NCBI GenBank assembly: GCA_963662335.2
Contig: CAXXVD010000003.1
Coordinates: forward strand, 64,001 to 128,000
Origin: Chloroflexota bacterium
Lineage (GTDB): Bacteria > Chloroflexota > UBA11872 > VXOZ01
Direction: 5' to 3'
DNA: 64,000 nucleotides
The translations under genes and the position numbers were made by a program. Shown piece by piece: positions 63,587-64,000 of this stretch. A model generated the notes under the pieces. The model was not told the origin of the DNA, searched no databases, and saw only the letters and a list, made by a program, of their open reading frames with translations. Every line of letters begins with the position of its first letter. Positions within the stretch are counted from its first letter, which is position 1.

Positions 63587-64000
63587 TCAGGAAGGCGCCG
63601 GCACGGTGAAGCGCAGGAGAATGGTGTTGTCCACTTCCAGGTCGCTGCCCCAGATCAAGCGGGCGGAACCATTCCAATCGATGTCGTCGTAGCCGTCCTT
63701 GGGACGCACGGCGCCTTCCGACCACTCGGTGGCGGTTTCCCATTGGCTCGCGTCGAAGTCGGCGCTCGCCCAGCCGGCCGGAGCTTCCGTCTTCTCAAAG
63801 CGGCAGGCGGTGTCCGGATTAGATGCTTTCTCGCAGTCGGGGTTCAGGGGAGCGCGATGGATCACCAGCACCTGCCACGTGCTGTTGGTCACGGCCACCA
63901 CGTTGCCGGTGCTCAGGTCGGTGATTTGCGCGATGATGCCGCCGTCGCCCATCTGCTGGTTGCGTTCCCCGATGTACTCGAGTCCCGAATCGGTCTCCTT
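63587..64000 (-). CDS. C-terminal part of a hypothetical protein, possibly a secreted beta-sandwich domain; 5' end lies outside the window
   Basis: Frame open to the edge (SGLEYIG..NQQMGDGG...FD.SQW..A...IWGSDLE.DN). Confidence 0.55.
   Translation of the reverse strand, partial: KETDSGLEYIGERNQQMGDGGIIAQITDLSTGNVVAVTNSTWQVLVIHRAPLNPDCEKASNPDTACRFEKTEAPAGWASADFDASQWETATEWSEGAVRPKDGYDDIDWNGSARLIWGSDLEVDNTILLRFTVPAPS

Overview
GC-rich bacterial chromosome segment. Gene content and repeat style suggest Chloroflexota (inference only). Two perfect parS sites beside recF suggest it lies near the origin. Most genes are housekeeping or metabolic: uvrC, gatC-gatA-aminotransferase-gatB-gdh, mutY, purA, folB, gyrA, moaC, recF, a PPi-dependent PFK, hydrolases, ABC exporters (one frameshifted) and Tat-exported solute-binding lipoproteins. 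Most longer intergenic gaps carry short palindromic repeats from at least seven REP-like families. No rRNA, tRNA, CRISPR array or transposase was recognised. Main signals: (1) a low-GC NYN RNase gene preceded by promoter - about 65-nt structured leader RNA - intrinsic terminator, a layout like an RNA-antitoxin (type III) system; (2) three copies of a non-autonomous IS4-like MITE that carries REPs and inserts into REPs; (3) a stand-alone low-GC TIR-domain protein; (4) a MocA-like/HAM1 fusion; (5) a GyrA with HPHSNEP in place of HPHGDSA; (6) an ERG4/ERG24 sterol reductase.
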